From a virus: a stretch of DNA of 64,000 bases. Position 1 is the stretch's first letter. Each line of letters opens with the position of its first letter. Under the pieces are notes generated by a model, which ran no database searches, was not told the DNA's origin, and worked only from the letters and a program-made list of their open reading frames with translations. This document shows, piece after piece, positions 47,479 through 56,422 of the stretch. Made by a program: the position numbers and the translations under genes. The stretch spans positions 32,618 through 96,617 of IMG/VR virus record IMGVR_UViG_3300048854_000232. One strand, given 5' to 3'.

Positions 47479-48336
47479 TTAAGCGAGAGCCTGCTGAGCT
47501 TCCGTGGCCAGCGACTCGGCGTAACCCTGGGCACCAGCGGCGACGTCGGCCGAGATGTTGTTCTCGAACGCGGGCTGCAGGTTGGGGTTGAGGCCGGACT
47601 TGAACATGTTGTTCAGGATGCGCTGAGCGAAGGACTTGACGCCGGCACCGACCTGGGTCAGCGCGGTGAACTCGACCGAGTAATCGACCGACTCGCCACC
47701 CTGGGTCATGTCACGACGACCGGTCACTTCGCCGGCGGTCTTGGGCATCATGTTCGTGCACAGCCAGGCCTTGACGATGTACTGCATGGTCGGATCGGGT
47801 TCGAAGAACAGGCAGGTCATGCCCGTGTAGTCGCCCATCAGGTCGCTCGGACGGCCGCCCTGCGAAACCACGGTCGGGAACTTGGTGATCGGATCCATGA
47901 TCAGACCGGTGCCCCAACCGTCGAGGAAGGCATTGATCGGCATGCCGTACTTCTCGGTCCACACGAAGGTGGGCGTCGAGCGAGCACGCGTGGCGTTGCC
48001 GATGTCTTCCTGCATTTCGCCGGCACCGCCGACGGCATTCTCGACGTAGTCGAACGTAACGGTGGACTGCAGACCCTCGATCGACTTCGCGTGGAGCTCG
48101 ACCAACGACTTCAGCGTGGAGATCCACTGCTGCGGGTTGTTGAGATCGTTGAAACCACGCGGCGCCGCGATGAGGATCGCGATCATCTGGCGGCGGACGT
48201 AGGCCGTGTTGGAGACGTAGGACGTGAAGTCCGTCATCGGTCCGTTCTGGCCACCGTACCGCACGTCCACCATCGGAGCCTGGGCGTACTGACCGTAGGC
48301 GGTCGCACCAAGGATGGTATCTTTCAAGCGGGACAT
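47479..48336 (-). CDS. Tail tube protein (phiKZ gp30-like)
   Basis: 285 aa directly downstream of the sheath gene; extreme codon bias. Confidence 0.8.
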   Translation of the reverse strand: MSRLKDTILGATAYGQYAQAPMVDVRYGGQNGPMTDFTSYVSNTAYVRRQMIAILIAAPRGFNDLNNPQQWISTLKSLVELHAKSIEGLQSTVTFDYVENAVGGAGEMQEDIGNATRARSTPTFVWTEKYGMPINAFLDGWGTGLIMDPITKFPTVVSQGGRPSDLMGDYTGMTCLFFEPDPTMQYIVKAWLCTNMMPKTAGEVTGRRDMTQGGESVDYSVEFTALTQVGAGVKSFAQRILNNMFKSGLNPNLQPAFENNISADVAAGAQGYAESLATEAQQALA

Positions 48337-48385
48337 TCTTGTATCTCCTCGGGGAGCAATGAGGGAGCGAACCTACCAGGGCTGC

Positions 48386-50494
48386 TTACGCAGCCTGGTT
48401 GAGGTCACTCTGACGGTGGGCGACGATCGTGTACGTACCGACGGTCTTCATGTTCGGCGCGTACATGTGGATCTTGGAAGCCCAGCTGTAACCACGCTGG
48501 ACATCGCCGGCCGTATAGAACGTCTCGGCCTGGATCGTCACACGACCATCGAAGCGACCCGTGGTGCGATCGTCGATGAGCTTGTTCGAACGCTCGATGA
48601 ACTGGTCGGCGGTGAGGTTGCCGATGCCGGTCAGGTCGCGCCAGGTACGCTGTGCCACCTTCTCGAGCTCGACGGCAACCATCATGTTGACGGCGCTGTT
48701 GAGGACCGAGGAGTCGTCGTCGTACACGGTCTGCACCGCGGGCCAGAAGACCGAACGGCGATCGTAGTTCTGCACCCAGACCAGGCCCGTGGCCCAATCC
48801 TGGTTACGGACCGTAGCCTGCTTGAACACGGCATTGACGCCGCGGAACAGGGTGATCTGGTTGTTGTTGGGGACATCGAAGCCCAGACCCGGTTTCCACA
48901 CGCCGTTGCCAGCGCCCTGCCAGGCAGCGATCTTCGAGGCGAACTCGATGGTCAGCGGCAGCAGGCCGGTGTACTTGCTGTTGAGCAGGTAACCGGAGTG
49001 ACCGATCACAACCGCACGGCAGACCGAGGTGCCGAAGATGGCGGACTCGGGGAAGTTGCGGGCCGCGGTCTTGAGCGACACGGCGATCGAGGACTCGACC
49101 GTCGGGGTGTTCTGCGGCAGCGAGACGTCCTGCGTCGACAGGGCCACCCACATGTCCTTGCGCTTGCCGATGACCGAGATCAGGGCCAGCTTGGTCGGGA
49201 GGGTGAAGCCGGTGTCGTAGATGCAGCTCTGCGGATACTTGGCGTCGTCCAGCAGGTCGGCTTCGCCGTTACCGTAGTTGGCCAGTTCGCTCTTGACGAG
49301 CGCGTCGAAGCTGTCCAGCGTCATGGTACCGTCACCGCCGCCGGAGGCGTACAGGGTCGTGGTATCCGTGAGGAACACGCCGCCGTCTTCGGGACCGGAC
49401 AGCACGAGGCTGTAGTACGGCACGCCGTACACGTCGGTAGCGGTGAACGGGTTGACGAGGAAGAGCTCGTCGGAGTCGGCCGACATGGTCAGGCTGTCGA
49501 ACAGGCCGTACGGCGCTTCCTTCGAACCCACGGCGAGCAGCATGGCTTCGAGGTTGGCCTCGTAGACGTGCATGCGGCCGAACGGACCGTAGGTGTTCGG
49601 GGTGCCCGGGACGTCCAGCGACTCGTAGGCCGACAGAGCGATCTTGGAGATGCCCAGCTCGGTATCGGTCGGCAGGTAGTAGGCGTCGTCCTTGAGCGCG
49701 AACTCGACGTACTCTTCACCCTGGAGGGTTTTGACCGTGACCGGCAGGACCGTGGGGTCCGTGCGCTGGACGATCTGGAAGCGGTACATGAAGGCCTTGA
49801 TCGCGGCAACGATCGCGTCGTTGGCCGGAGCCGCCGAGAGCGTGGTCGGCGCCGTGAAGCGCACACCGATGTTGTTGCCGTAGCCGCCGATGTCGGTGAC
49901 TTCGAACTCGATGATCGGGACGAGCTGCGACTGGGTCGAGCTGCCGGAGACCAGCGTACCGACGCGGCTGACGCACTCACCGAACGCTTCGGTGGGCAGG
50001 CCGGTGTCTTCGTCGACGAGCCAGCTGTTGAGGACCCACTTACCCTTCAGACCCGGAACCGTGGCGCCCGAACCCGTCTTGGGAATCTTGGCACCGTTCG
50101 GGTCGAGGGCATAGGAGCCGTCGGCGTTACGCTGGTACTGCTGGATCGAGTCAGCGACGCTGTCGAACGAAAGCAGGAAACGAGCGCGCGGCGCAGCATC
50201 CGCCGGAATCACGCGCTGAACCATCATGGCGTTGCCCTGACCCTGCAGAGTGTTTGCCAGGACGGACTGGTGGTTGAAGTAAGGCGAACGCGGTTCGAGC
50301 GTCTGGTCGCCATACGTCTGGGTGAACGAATCGCCCGACACCAGCTGCGGCTCCGTCGAACCCTTCTGCGCGAAGAGATAAACGTGGGGCAGATGAGACG
50401 GCAGGCTCTCCGGGTCGATGACCAGGGGACGCCCGCTGACATCCTGGATGCCCTGCAGGTTGGCGAGCGGAGCAGCGTTAGGGAACGTACTCAT
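48386..50494 (-). CDS. Contractile tail sheath protein (phiKZ gp29-like)
   Basis: 702 aa; sheath-like C-terminus (IYDTGFTLPTK, FWPAVQTVYDDDSSVLNS); precedes the tube gene. Confidence 0.85.
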   Translation of the reverse strand: MSTFPNAAPLANLQGIQDVSGRPLVIDPESLPSHLPHVYLFAQKGSTEPQLVSGDSFTQTYGDQTLEPRSPYFNHQSVLANTLQGQGNAMMVQRVIPADAAPRARFLLSFDSVADSIQQYQRNADGSYALDPNGAKIPKTGSGATVPGLKGKWVLNSWLVDEDTGLPTEAFGECVSRVGTLVSGSSTQSQLVPIIEFEVTDIGGYGNNIGVRFTAPTTLSAAPANDAIVAAIKAFMYRFQIVQRTDPTVLPVTVKTLQGEEYVEFALKDDAYYLPTDTELGISKIALSAYESLDVPGTPNTYGPFGRMHVYEANLEAMLLAVGSKEAPYGLFDSLTMSADSDELFLVNPFTATDVYGVPYYSLVLSGPEDGGVFLTDTTTLYASGGGDGTMTLDSFDALVKSELANYGNGEADLLDDAKYPQSCIYDTGFTLPTKLALISVIGKRKDMWVALSTQDVSLPQNTPTVESSIAVSLKTAARNFPESAIFGTSVCRAVVIGHSGYLLNSKYTGLLPLTIEFASKIAAWQGAGNGVWKPGLGFDVPNNNQITLFRGVNAVFKQATVRNQDWATGLVWVQNYDRRSVFWPAVQTVYDDDSSVLNSAVNMMVAVELEKVAQRTWRDLTGIGNLTADQFIERSNKLIDDRTTGRFDGRVTIQAETFYTAGDVQRGYSWASKIHMYAPNMKTVGTYTIVAHRQSDLNQAA

Positions 50495-50697
50495 TGTGGA
50501 AGGCTCCTGTGAACGGAAATCCAGTCATCTTTCAACTGGTGAAGAAACGGGGGTTTCTCAGGGGTGTGGTGGCAGTTGAGAGCGACTTATGGTATAGCTT
50601 TTGGTGATGCCACGCATCATAGTATCCACGTCCTAAACCGGGAAATGGACCTATTAGTTTAGCGCGGTGACTTTTTACAACGAAGGAACACAAGGTC

Positions 50698-51633
50698 ATG
50701 TTCAAGTTTCCCTACGAGACGACGCCCTGCGCGGCATACAACCTGGCGGACATCCGCAAGGCCTTGCAACATGCCATGATCGAAGGTCAGCTCTCCCCGG
50801 CCCACACGCTCAAAGGCAACGCCGTTGACGGAGTGTTGGCAGTCCCCCCATACGTTAAGTCGGTCCCGACCTTCGCCCACCCGGTCTCCTTCGACTACCA
50901 CGGCAAAGAGTCGCTGGTCATCGATACACGGGCATTCGTCAGTCAGAAGATGAGCGGTGAAACGCGGGTAACTGACCCGACCTCCTACCAGTTCCTCGTC
51001 CTGCGCGGTGCGCTGACGGCACTGTGGTCCAGCGGTTCGGTCAGTGATCTGGCGCAGCTGGGTGACTTCCCGGTCAAGGTGTTCTCCCGTCTGCTGGCCG
51101 AAGGCATCGTGCGTCGGCTGGGTCTGACCCCTGGTGACCAGATGCGTCTGATGGCGTTGGCGGGCTACTGGCACCTCTGTCAGTACATCGACGGGGCGCA
51201 GATCCACCAGGATACCGGCATCAAGCTGGCGGGCAAGGTCGCCCGTGCTACGGCGATCAGCGTGGAGAAAGTCCTGGAAGTCATGGATCTCCTGGCCGCC
51301 GGTGATAACACCTACCCGGTGATCGGCAGCATCGAGGCGTTCATCGTGGCCGCCAAGGACGTAGTCCAGTCCAGCCGTATGGAGATGCTGAACCTCGGCC
51401 TGATCTACGGTTCGGTCGGTGGCGTTTGGTTTGGTGCCAATGCCCGCGAGATCGTCGCGGTGGCACTCGAGTATCCGCCGGTCTTCCTTGCCATGATGTA
51501 CATGGCGCTGAACGATCGGACCTTCCACGCGGCGATGTTTACCAAACTCGTCGAGCAGTCCAAGCGCGGTGATGTCGGCGACGACTTCGTCAAGCGTGTG
51601 ACCAAACTCCTGGAGCACTCCGCCCATGTATGA
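50698..51633 (+). CDS. Virion structural protein (phiKZ gp28-like position)
   Basis: 311 aa, divergent from the sheath gene; synteny. Confidence 0.65.
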   Translation: MFKFPYETTPCAAYNLADIRKALQHAMIEGQLSPAHTLKGNAVDGVLAVPPYVKSVPTFAHPVSFDYHGKESLVIDTRAFVSQKMSGETRVTDPTSYQFLVLRGALTALWSSGSVSDLAQLGDFPVKVFSRLLAEGIVRRLGLTPGDQMRLMALAGYWHLCQYIDGAQIHQDTGIKLAGKVARATAISVEKVLEVMDLLAAGDNTYPVIGSIEAFIVAAKDVVQSSRMEMLNLGLIYGSVGGVWFGANAREIVAVALEYPPVFLAMMYMALNDRTFHAAMFTKLVEQSKRGDVGDDFVKRVTKLLEHSAHV

Positions 51634-54214
51634 TTTTCTCGTGGATCACGCGCTTAAAAACGTGTGGTGTACTCCGCGACAGGATCTTCAGGCGATTTTG
51701 AAACTGGCCCGCATCTCCTCGCCCTTGGGCGTGACAGGCTCCTCGCCCCTTGCCTGGGGCCAGGTGGCCATGCCGACTCCGAACGACAAGTATCACGTGT
51801 ACCAGATTGGTCAAGTGTTCCCCGCGCTCCTGGGCTTGTTCCCTGAGCAGCGCGTGTGGCACCGCCTGTCGACCGTGATGCATCTTCAGAATCTGGTAGC
51901 GGACGTGTACACGATTGGTGGACTGCACCTGCCCCGGTTTGAAACCTGGGTGCTGGTGGGAACCGATCGTAGTATCATCGTCGCTGTGCGGGATCAGCCC
52001 ACGATCGCCCCTTTGAAGACCGAACCGGTGTACCTGCGTTTGTACTCGAACGCGTATTTCAGCTCGATCCGTCACGAAGCCACCAACGACCAGATCTACT
52101 GCCGCGGTCTGCGGATGGATTCGGTCAACAACGGCCTGCTGTTCCAGAACCAGTACCACCTGTGGCAGGCCAAGCCGGGTCACACTCAGCTCTTCGTCAA
52201 CGGCGTGCTGAAGCAGGACTTCATCCCGCAGCAGCAGGCGATCGGCGACACCTTGGAGTTCGTCTACGACTCCACGGTCAAGAACGTGATCGACTTTCCG
52301 ATTGCCGGGTTGCCGACCTTCGATTCAATCAAGGATGCCAAGCGCAAGTACCTGCTGCATTATGCCGGCTCGGAAGTCGGCGGCGACTCGATCGACTACC
52401 GCGATGACCTGGACGTCTATCTGATCAAGAAAGGCACGGCCAGCAATGGCGCGCCGACCCTGACCGGTCTGTACTACCACAAGAACCAGAACGATGCCTT
52501 GCGTCAGGTCACCCATCGCGACTACGCGGTGACGGTCCCTTACGTCAATGCGTATCTGCCGGGGGCGCCGGGTTGGACCGACGTGCAGCAGCTGCATTTG
52601 CGCCTGATCATTCGCAAGGCTGGTTACTTGCGGCCGCTGGTCAATGAAGCCCACCGGATCCGTGAGCTGTACAAGCTGGGCGAATACGACTTGGCCATGG
52701 CCCTGACGGGTGTGGAGTCGAGCGTGCCCGTGTGGCAGGCGCCGTCGTTGGAGAACTCCTCCTACATCGGCCTGATGGATGGCAGCTTCGGTCAGATCAC
52801 CCGTGACTTGGTCGAACAGGCCTACGGCTACAACGCGATCTCCAAGCTGGTGGGCGATTCCCCGCTGCCGGTGCAGGTGGTCAACGGCCGCCGGCAGATC
52901 TCGGTGCCGTACGGGCTGCAGGCCTACTCCACGATGTACGAGTACGACGCGGACGGCTACCTGCTGGGTTACTACCAGCACACGCTCGGCGCCGAGTACA
53001 CGCCCATCAACGCAGCGGCCACACTGATCGAAGGTGTGGTCGGCATTGGCAGCTTCAAGCTGGGGACGGTCTTCGGTCAGAACAACGTGCCGATCGATCC
53101 GACCAACAACTACCGCTACTACATCGCCCCGATCAACCATGGGGTGCTGGACAATACCGCCTGGCAGGATGTCACCGGGGATGCGACCAAGTACCAGCTG
53201 GTCAATGGTGTTGTCGTATGGATGGTCGACCAAAGCGTTTGGGCCACCGCTGTCAAAAGCGACCTGACCTTCTTGGCCTATGACCTGACCTTGGATCCGT
53301 CCGACAACGTCTTGCAGTTCAGCATCGATGCGGAAGCGACCTACCCGGCCGGTTCGGCCCAGGGCGTGATGTACATCCCCTTCGATCGTCTGGACCTGTG
53401 GTTGAATGGCAAGTCGCTCATCGAGAACGTGGACTTCTACGTGGCCTGGCCCAAAGTGGTCATCGTCAACAAGAAGTACCTGGTCGATGGCCTGACCCAG
53501 CAGATCACGATCCGCGGGACGGGGTTCTGCAACGCGGACATGACGCGCACGCCTCAGGTGGACGCGGGCTTTGTCAAGTACGGCATGCTTTCGCGCAACA
53601 ACCGCTACGATGTCCGTGACGATAAGGTCACCCGCATTGTCGTGGACGGCGCGGTGTACGAAGCCTCGGACCTGGTCTTTGGCGAAGATGGCGTGAGCAT
53701 CGGCGTGTCCGATGTGGCCAACGGCGTGCCTTACCTGATCGAGTACCCGGTCGTGCCTTTGCGTGGAGTGACCAACACGGACACCTACACGCTGCGGGCT
53801 GCGGCGCTGGTGATCGACAAGTCCATCTCCGACTACCTGACCCTGAAGCTGCCTGAGCCGGTCGAAACCCTGCCGGACCAGATCCAGGACAAGTACCCGG
53901 TCTACAGTCCGTTCTGCTCGAAAATCATGTACGACATGATCAACGGGGTGCTGGACATCGCGCCGTTCCGTACGGCCTATTACAGCGACAAGCAAGTACT
54001 GGATTACTTGAAGGACTACACCTACCTGCTGGATTACGATCCGTGCCGGCGTGGGGTGGACCTTGACCACATTGCGATCCATCCGCACAACCTCAATGTG
54101 GAAACCCAATTGGATGGGTACCAGTACAACTTCCTGAACCGGACGATCAAGGTCTATCTGGACAACCAGGTCGACATCACTCGTTTCGTCTCCATCAAAC
54201 CGGACTGGCTCTAA
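51626..54214 (+). CDS. Virion structural protein (phiKZ gp27-like, probably baseplate)
   Basis: 862 aa, starts MYDFLVDHALKNVWC; synteny in the terminase-sheath block. Confidence 0.7.
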   Translation: MYDFLVDHALKNVWCTPRQDLQAILKLARISSPLGVTGSSPLAWGQVAMPTPNDKYHVYQIGQVFPALLGLFPEQRVWHRLSTVMHLQNLVADVYTIGGLHLPRFETWVLVGTDRSIIVAVRDQPTIAPLKTEPVYLRLYSNAYFSSIRHEATNDQIYCRGLRMDSVNNGLLFQNQYHLWQAKPGHTQLFVNGVLKQDFIPQQQAIGDTLEFVYDSTVKNVIDFPIAGLPTFDSIKDAKRKYLLHYAGSEVGGDSIDYRDDLDVYLIKKGTASNGAPTLTGLYYHKNQNDALRQVTHRDYAVTVPYVNAYLPGAPGWTDVQQLHLRLIIRKAGYLRPLVNEAHRIRELYKLGEYDLAMALTGVESSVPVWQAPSLENSSYIGLMDGSFGQITRDLVEQAYGYNAISKLVGDSPLPVQVVNGRRQISVPYGLQAYSTMYEYDADGYLLGYYQHTLGAEYTPINAAATLIEGVVGIGSFKLGTVFGQNNVPIDPTNNYRYYIAPINHGVLDNTAWQDVTGDATKYQLVNGVVVWMVDQSVWATAVKSDLTFLAYDLTLDPSDNVLQFSIDAEATYPAGSAQGVMYIPFDRLDLWLNGKSLIENVDFYVAWPKVVIVNKKYLVDGLTQQITIRGTGFCNADMTRTPQVDAGFVKYGMLSRNNRYDVRDDKVTRIVVDGAVYEASDLVFGEDGVSIGVSDVANGVPYLIEYPVVPLRGVTNTDTYTLRAAALVIDKSISDYLTLKLPEPVETLPDQIQDKYPVYSPFCSKIMYDMINGVLDIAPFRTAYYSDKQVLDYLKDYTYLLDYDPCRRGVDLDHIAIHPHNLNVETQLDGYQYNFLNRTIKVYLDNQVDITRFVSIKPDWL

Positions 54215-54242
54215 GCCGTCCGGCCTCTTCCTAAGGTGTTTC

Positions 54243-54638
54243 ATGGATCGCATTCAGTACGTCCTCAATGGGTTGAGCGAGGAAGCCACCGAGCTGGGCC
54301 AAGCCTCGTGCAAGGCCCTGCGCTTTGGGCTGCTCGACGTCGATCCCAAGACCGGCCAGACCAACCTGCAGCATGTCGTCAACGAGTACAACGACGTCAA
54401 GGCGATGCTGAAGCTCCTGGAAGAGGAGTTGTCGCATCTGGGTATTCCGCTGGAGGGGCTCGATGCTCCTTCAGCGATCCAGGCGAAGATTACCAAGTTC
54501 CTGAAGTGGGGTGCCCGTTCGATGGCCAATGGCACCCTCCAGGACGATTTGCAGGACCGCACGATCATCCATGCGGCCCAGGCGCCGGCGTTCCCCGTGC
54601 CTGCCTCCCCCTCCGAAGGAAATCAGGACAATGGCTGA
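54243..54638 (+). CDS. mazG: MazG-like nucleotide pyrophosphohydrolase
   Basis: LSEEATELGQASCKALRFG and NEYNDV match the MazG EExxE...ExxD metal-binding pattern. Confidence 0.7.
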   Translation: MDRIQYVLNGLSEEATELGQASCKALRFGLLDVDPKTGQTNLQHVVNEYNDVKAMLKLLEEELSHLGIPLEGLDAPSAIQAKITKFLKWGARSMANGTLQDDLQDRTIIHAAQAPAFPVPASPSEGNQDNG

Positions 54639-56349
54639 TCCCATCACGCCACCGGTTCTTATTGTCGACAAGAATCGTGGCTACCGCGAATGGCTCGCTT
54701 CCGAGATCTATACCGGATCCGGCACGGGTCGTTACGTACCCAACGTGGACGACTCCGTCCGTGACTGGACCCAAGGCGTGCTCCGGGTTATCTCGGTCGA
54801 CTACTCGACCGGGCTGTCGGTGACCAAGCTGTGGACACCGCCCAATGACCCCAGCGCTATCTCCGATGCCGACATCCTTCTGGGTGCAGGTCCGGGTTAC
54901 CAGTCCGAGTCCTATCGCGCATACATCGACCAGAGCGTGCTTCCGCACACCCTGGCCCTGGACAAGCGTGTTCACATCTACGGCTCCACGGCCTCGTACA
55001 TCAAGCTCTTCCGCGGCACCGATATCTCCGTCACCGGTGAAGTCGTCTCGCAGATGTACGACAGCGGTGGCACGTTCCTGGGCGAGAACATCCCGCTCGA
55101 GCTCGTCGCCGTACCGGCCTTCCAGGGTCGCTCCCTCATCACCAACGGGACCTCCGTCGCCGAACTGGCCATGGACGTGACCAACATGGCGATCAAGACG
55201 CCCAAGGTCGGCTACACCACCAAGAGCTTCAGCGACGGTGACGTAGTGACTGCCGTGGTCTACGACGACGCCGGTGGCGTGGTCTCGATTGCCAAGTTCC
55301 TCGTCAAGAACACCGCCTTCATCCGCACCACGGACGCCTCGACCAAGTACATCAAGTCGATCAGCGTGGAAACCCCGTTCCTGTCGCAGTCCGATCCGAA
55401 GACGATCCAGTACCCGATCAACATGCCGGTGTCGGCGCTGAACCTCATCGGCGTGGTCACCTACTCCGACGGCTCGCAGCTGCGCATGCCGGTGGATGGG
55501 ACCAAGTTCTCGATGTATGGTTTGCAGGACTTCATCGCCACGATCGAAGGCCAGACCATGGATGTGGTCCTCTCCTACGCATTGTCGCCGGGTGAGGTCA
55601 ACTACATCACCGAGTCCAGCCCGAGCAAGCATATCGGTGAAGCCTACAAGGTCACCACGATCAAGGCCGATGGCGCGTACAGCATCAAGCTGTTCGTCTC
55701 GCCGGTGTGGATCGATGCGCTCAACGGCTACTCGCTGGATTACTTCCTGTACAACCTCGACCGCGAGGATGTCTACCCGGTCACCAACCTGGTGCAGATG
55801 GGTTCGGACAGCCGGGCGTTCAACCCGACCCAGTACGGTACGGTGCAGAAGATCAGCGTGGGCATCAACCTCAACGAGGTCGATCCGTCCTTCGCCAACT
55901 ACCGTCACGTGCAGGAGTTCGACATCACCTTGCTCAAGCAGGGTACCGACAAGACCGGCGACAACTGGACCGTGGGTTACACCTCGGGTCAGAACCCGCC
56001 GTACGGCGTCGGTGTCAAGGCCATGGCGAAGTTCATCAACGTCGGCAACTGGCAGTTGGATCTGTCGTGCGGTCTTACGACTGTCGCCGACTGGCTCAAC
56101 AAGGTCTTCTATCCCACGCAGCCCCTGTTCGATCCGGGCAGCGAAGCGAAGGCACCGGCTCCGAACTTCTTCGCGCTGGTCTACGGCAACACCCGCCTCG
56201 AGGTTCCGATCTCGCAGTGGAACTCCACCATCGTCATGGGCGAGACCTTCGTCGATGGCAAGGTGCTCAACGTCGAGTTCTTCCTCCGGAACGCCTCGAC
56301 CGATCTGCAGCTGGGCGTCAGCGGCATGATCGTGCACTTCCCCGCCTAA
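54631..56349 (+). CDS. Virion structural protein (phiKZ gp26-like, probably baseplate)
   Basis: ATG at 54631 with AGGA RBS, 572 aa, upstream of terminase. Confidence 0.7.
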   Translation: MADPITPPVLIVDKNRGYREWLASEIYTGSGTGRYVPNVDDSVRDWTQGVLRVISVDYSTGLSVTKLWTPPNDPSAISDADILLGAGPGYQSESYRAYIDQSVLPHTLALDKRVHIYGSTASYIKLFRGTDISVTGEVVSQMYDSGGTFLGENIPLELVAVPAFQGRSLITNGTSVAELAMDVTNMAIKTPKVGYTTKSFSDGDVVTAVVYDDAGGVVSIAKFLVKNTAFIRTTDASTKYIKSISVETPFLSQSDPKTIQYPINMPVSALNLIGVVTYSDGSQLRMPVDGTKFSMYGLQDFIATIEGQTMDVVLSYALSPGEVNYITESSPSKHIGEAYKVTTIKADGAYSIKLFVSPVWIDALNGYSLDYFLYNLDREDVYPVTNLVQMGSDSRAFNPTQYGTVQKISVGINLNEVDPSFANYRHVQEFDITLLKQGTDKTGDNWTVGYTSGQNPPYGVGVKAMAKFINVGNWQLDLSCGLTTVADWLNKVFYPTQPLFDPGSEAKAPAPNFFALVYGNTRLEVPISQWNSTIVMGETFVDGKVLNVEFFLRNASTDLQLGVSGMIVHFPA

Positions 56350-56374
56350 CCACAGCAAGTCACAGACGCAGCGT

Positions 56375-56396
56375 CGGAGGACCTTCGGGTCCTCCG
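56375..56396 (+). terminator. Hairpin terminator with UUCG loop
   Basis: CGGAGGACC-TTCG-GGTCCTCCG; core identical to the 4450 hairpin. Confidence 0.6.
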
Positions 56397-56422
56397 GCCT
56401 GTCGTCCCTAGGCCAACCCGCT

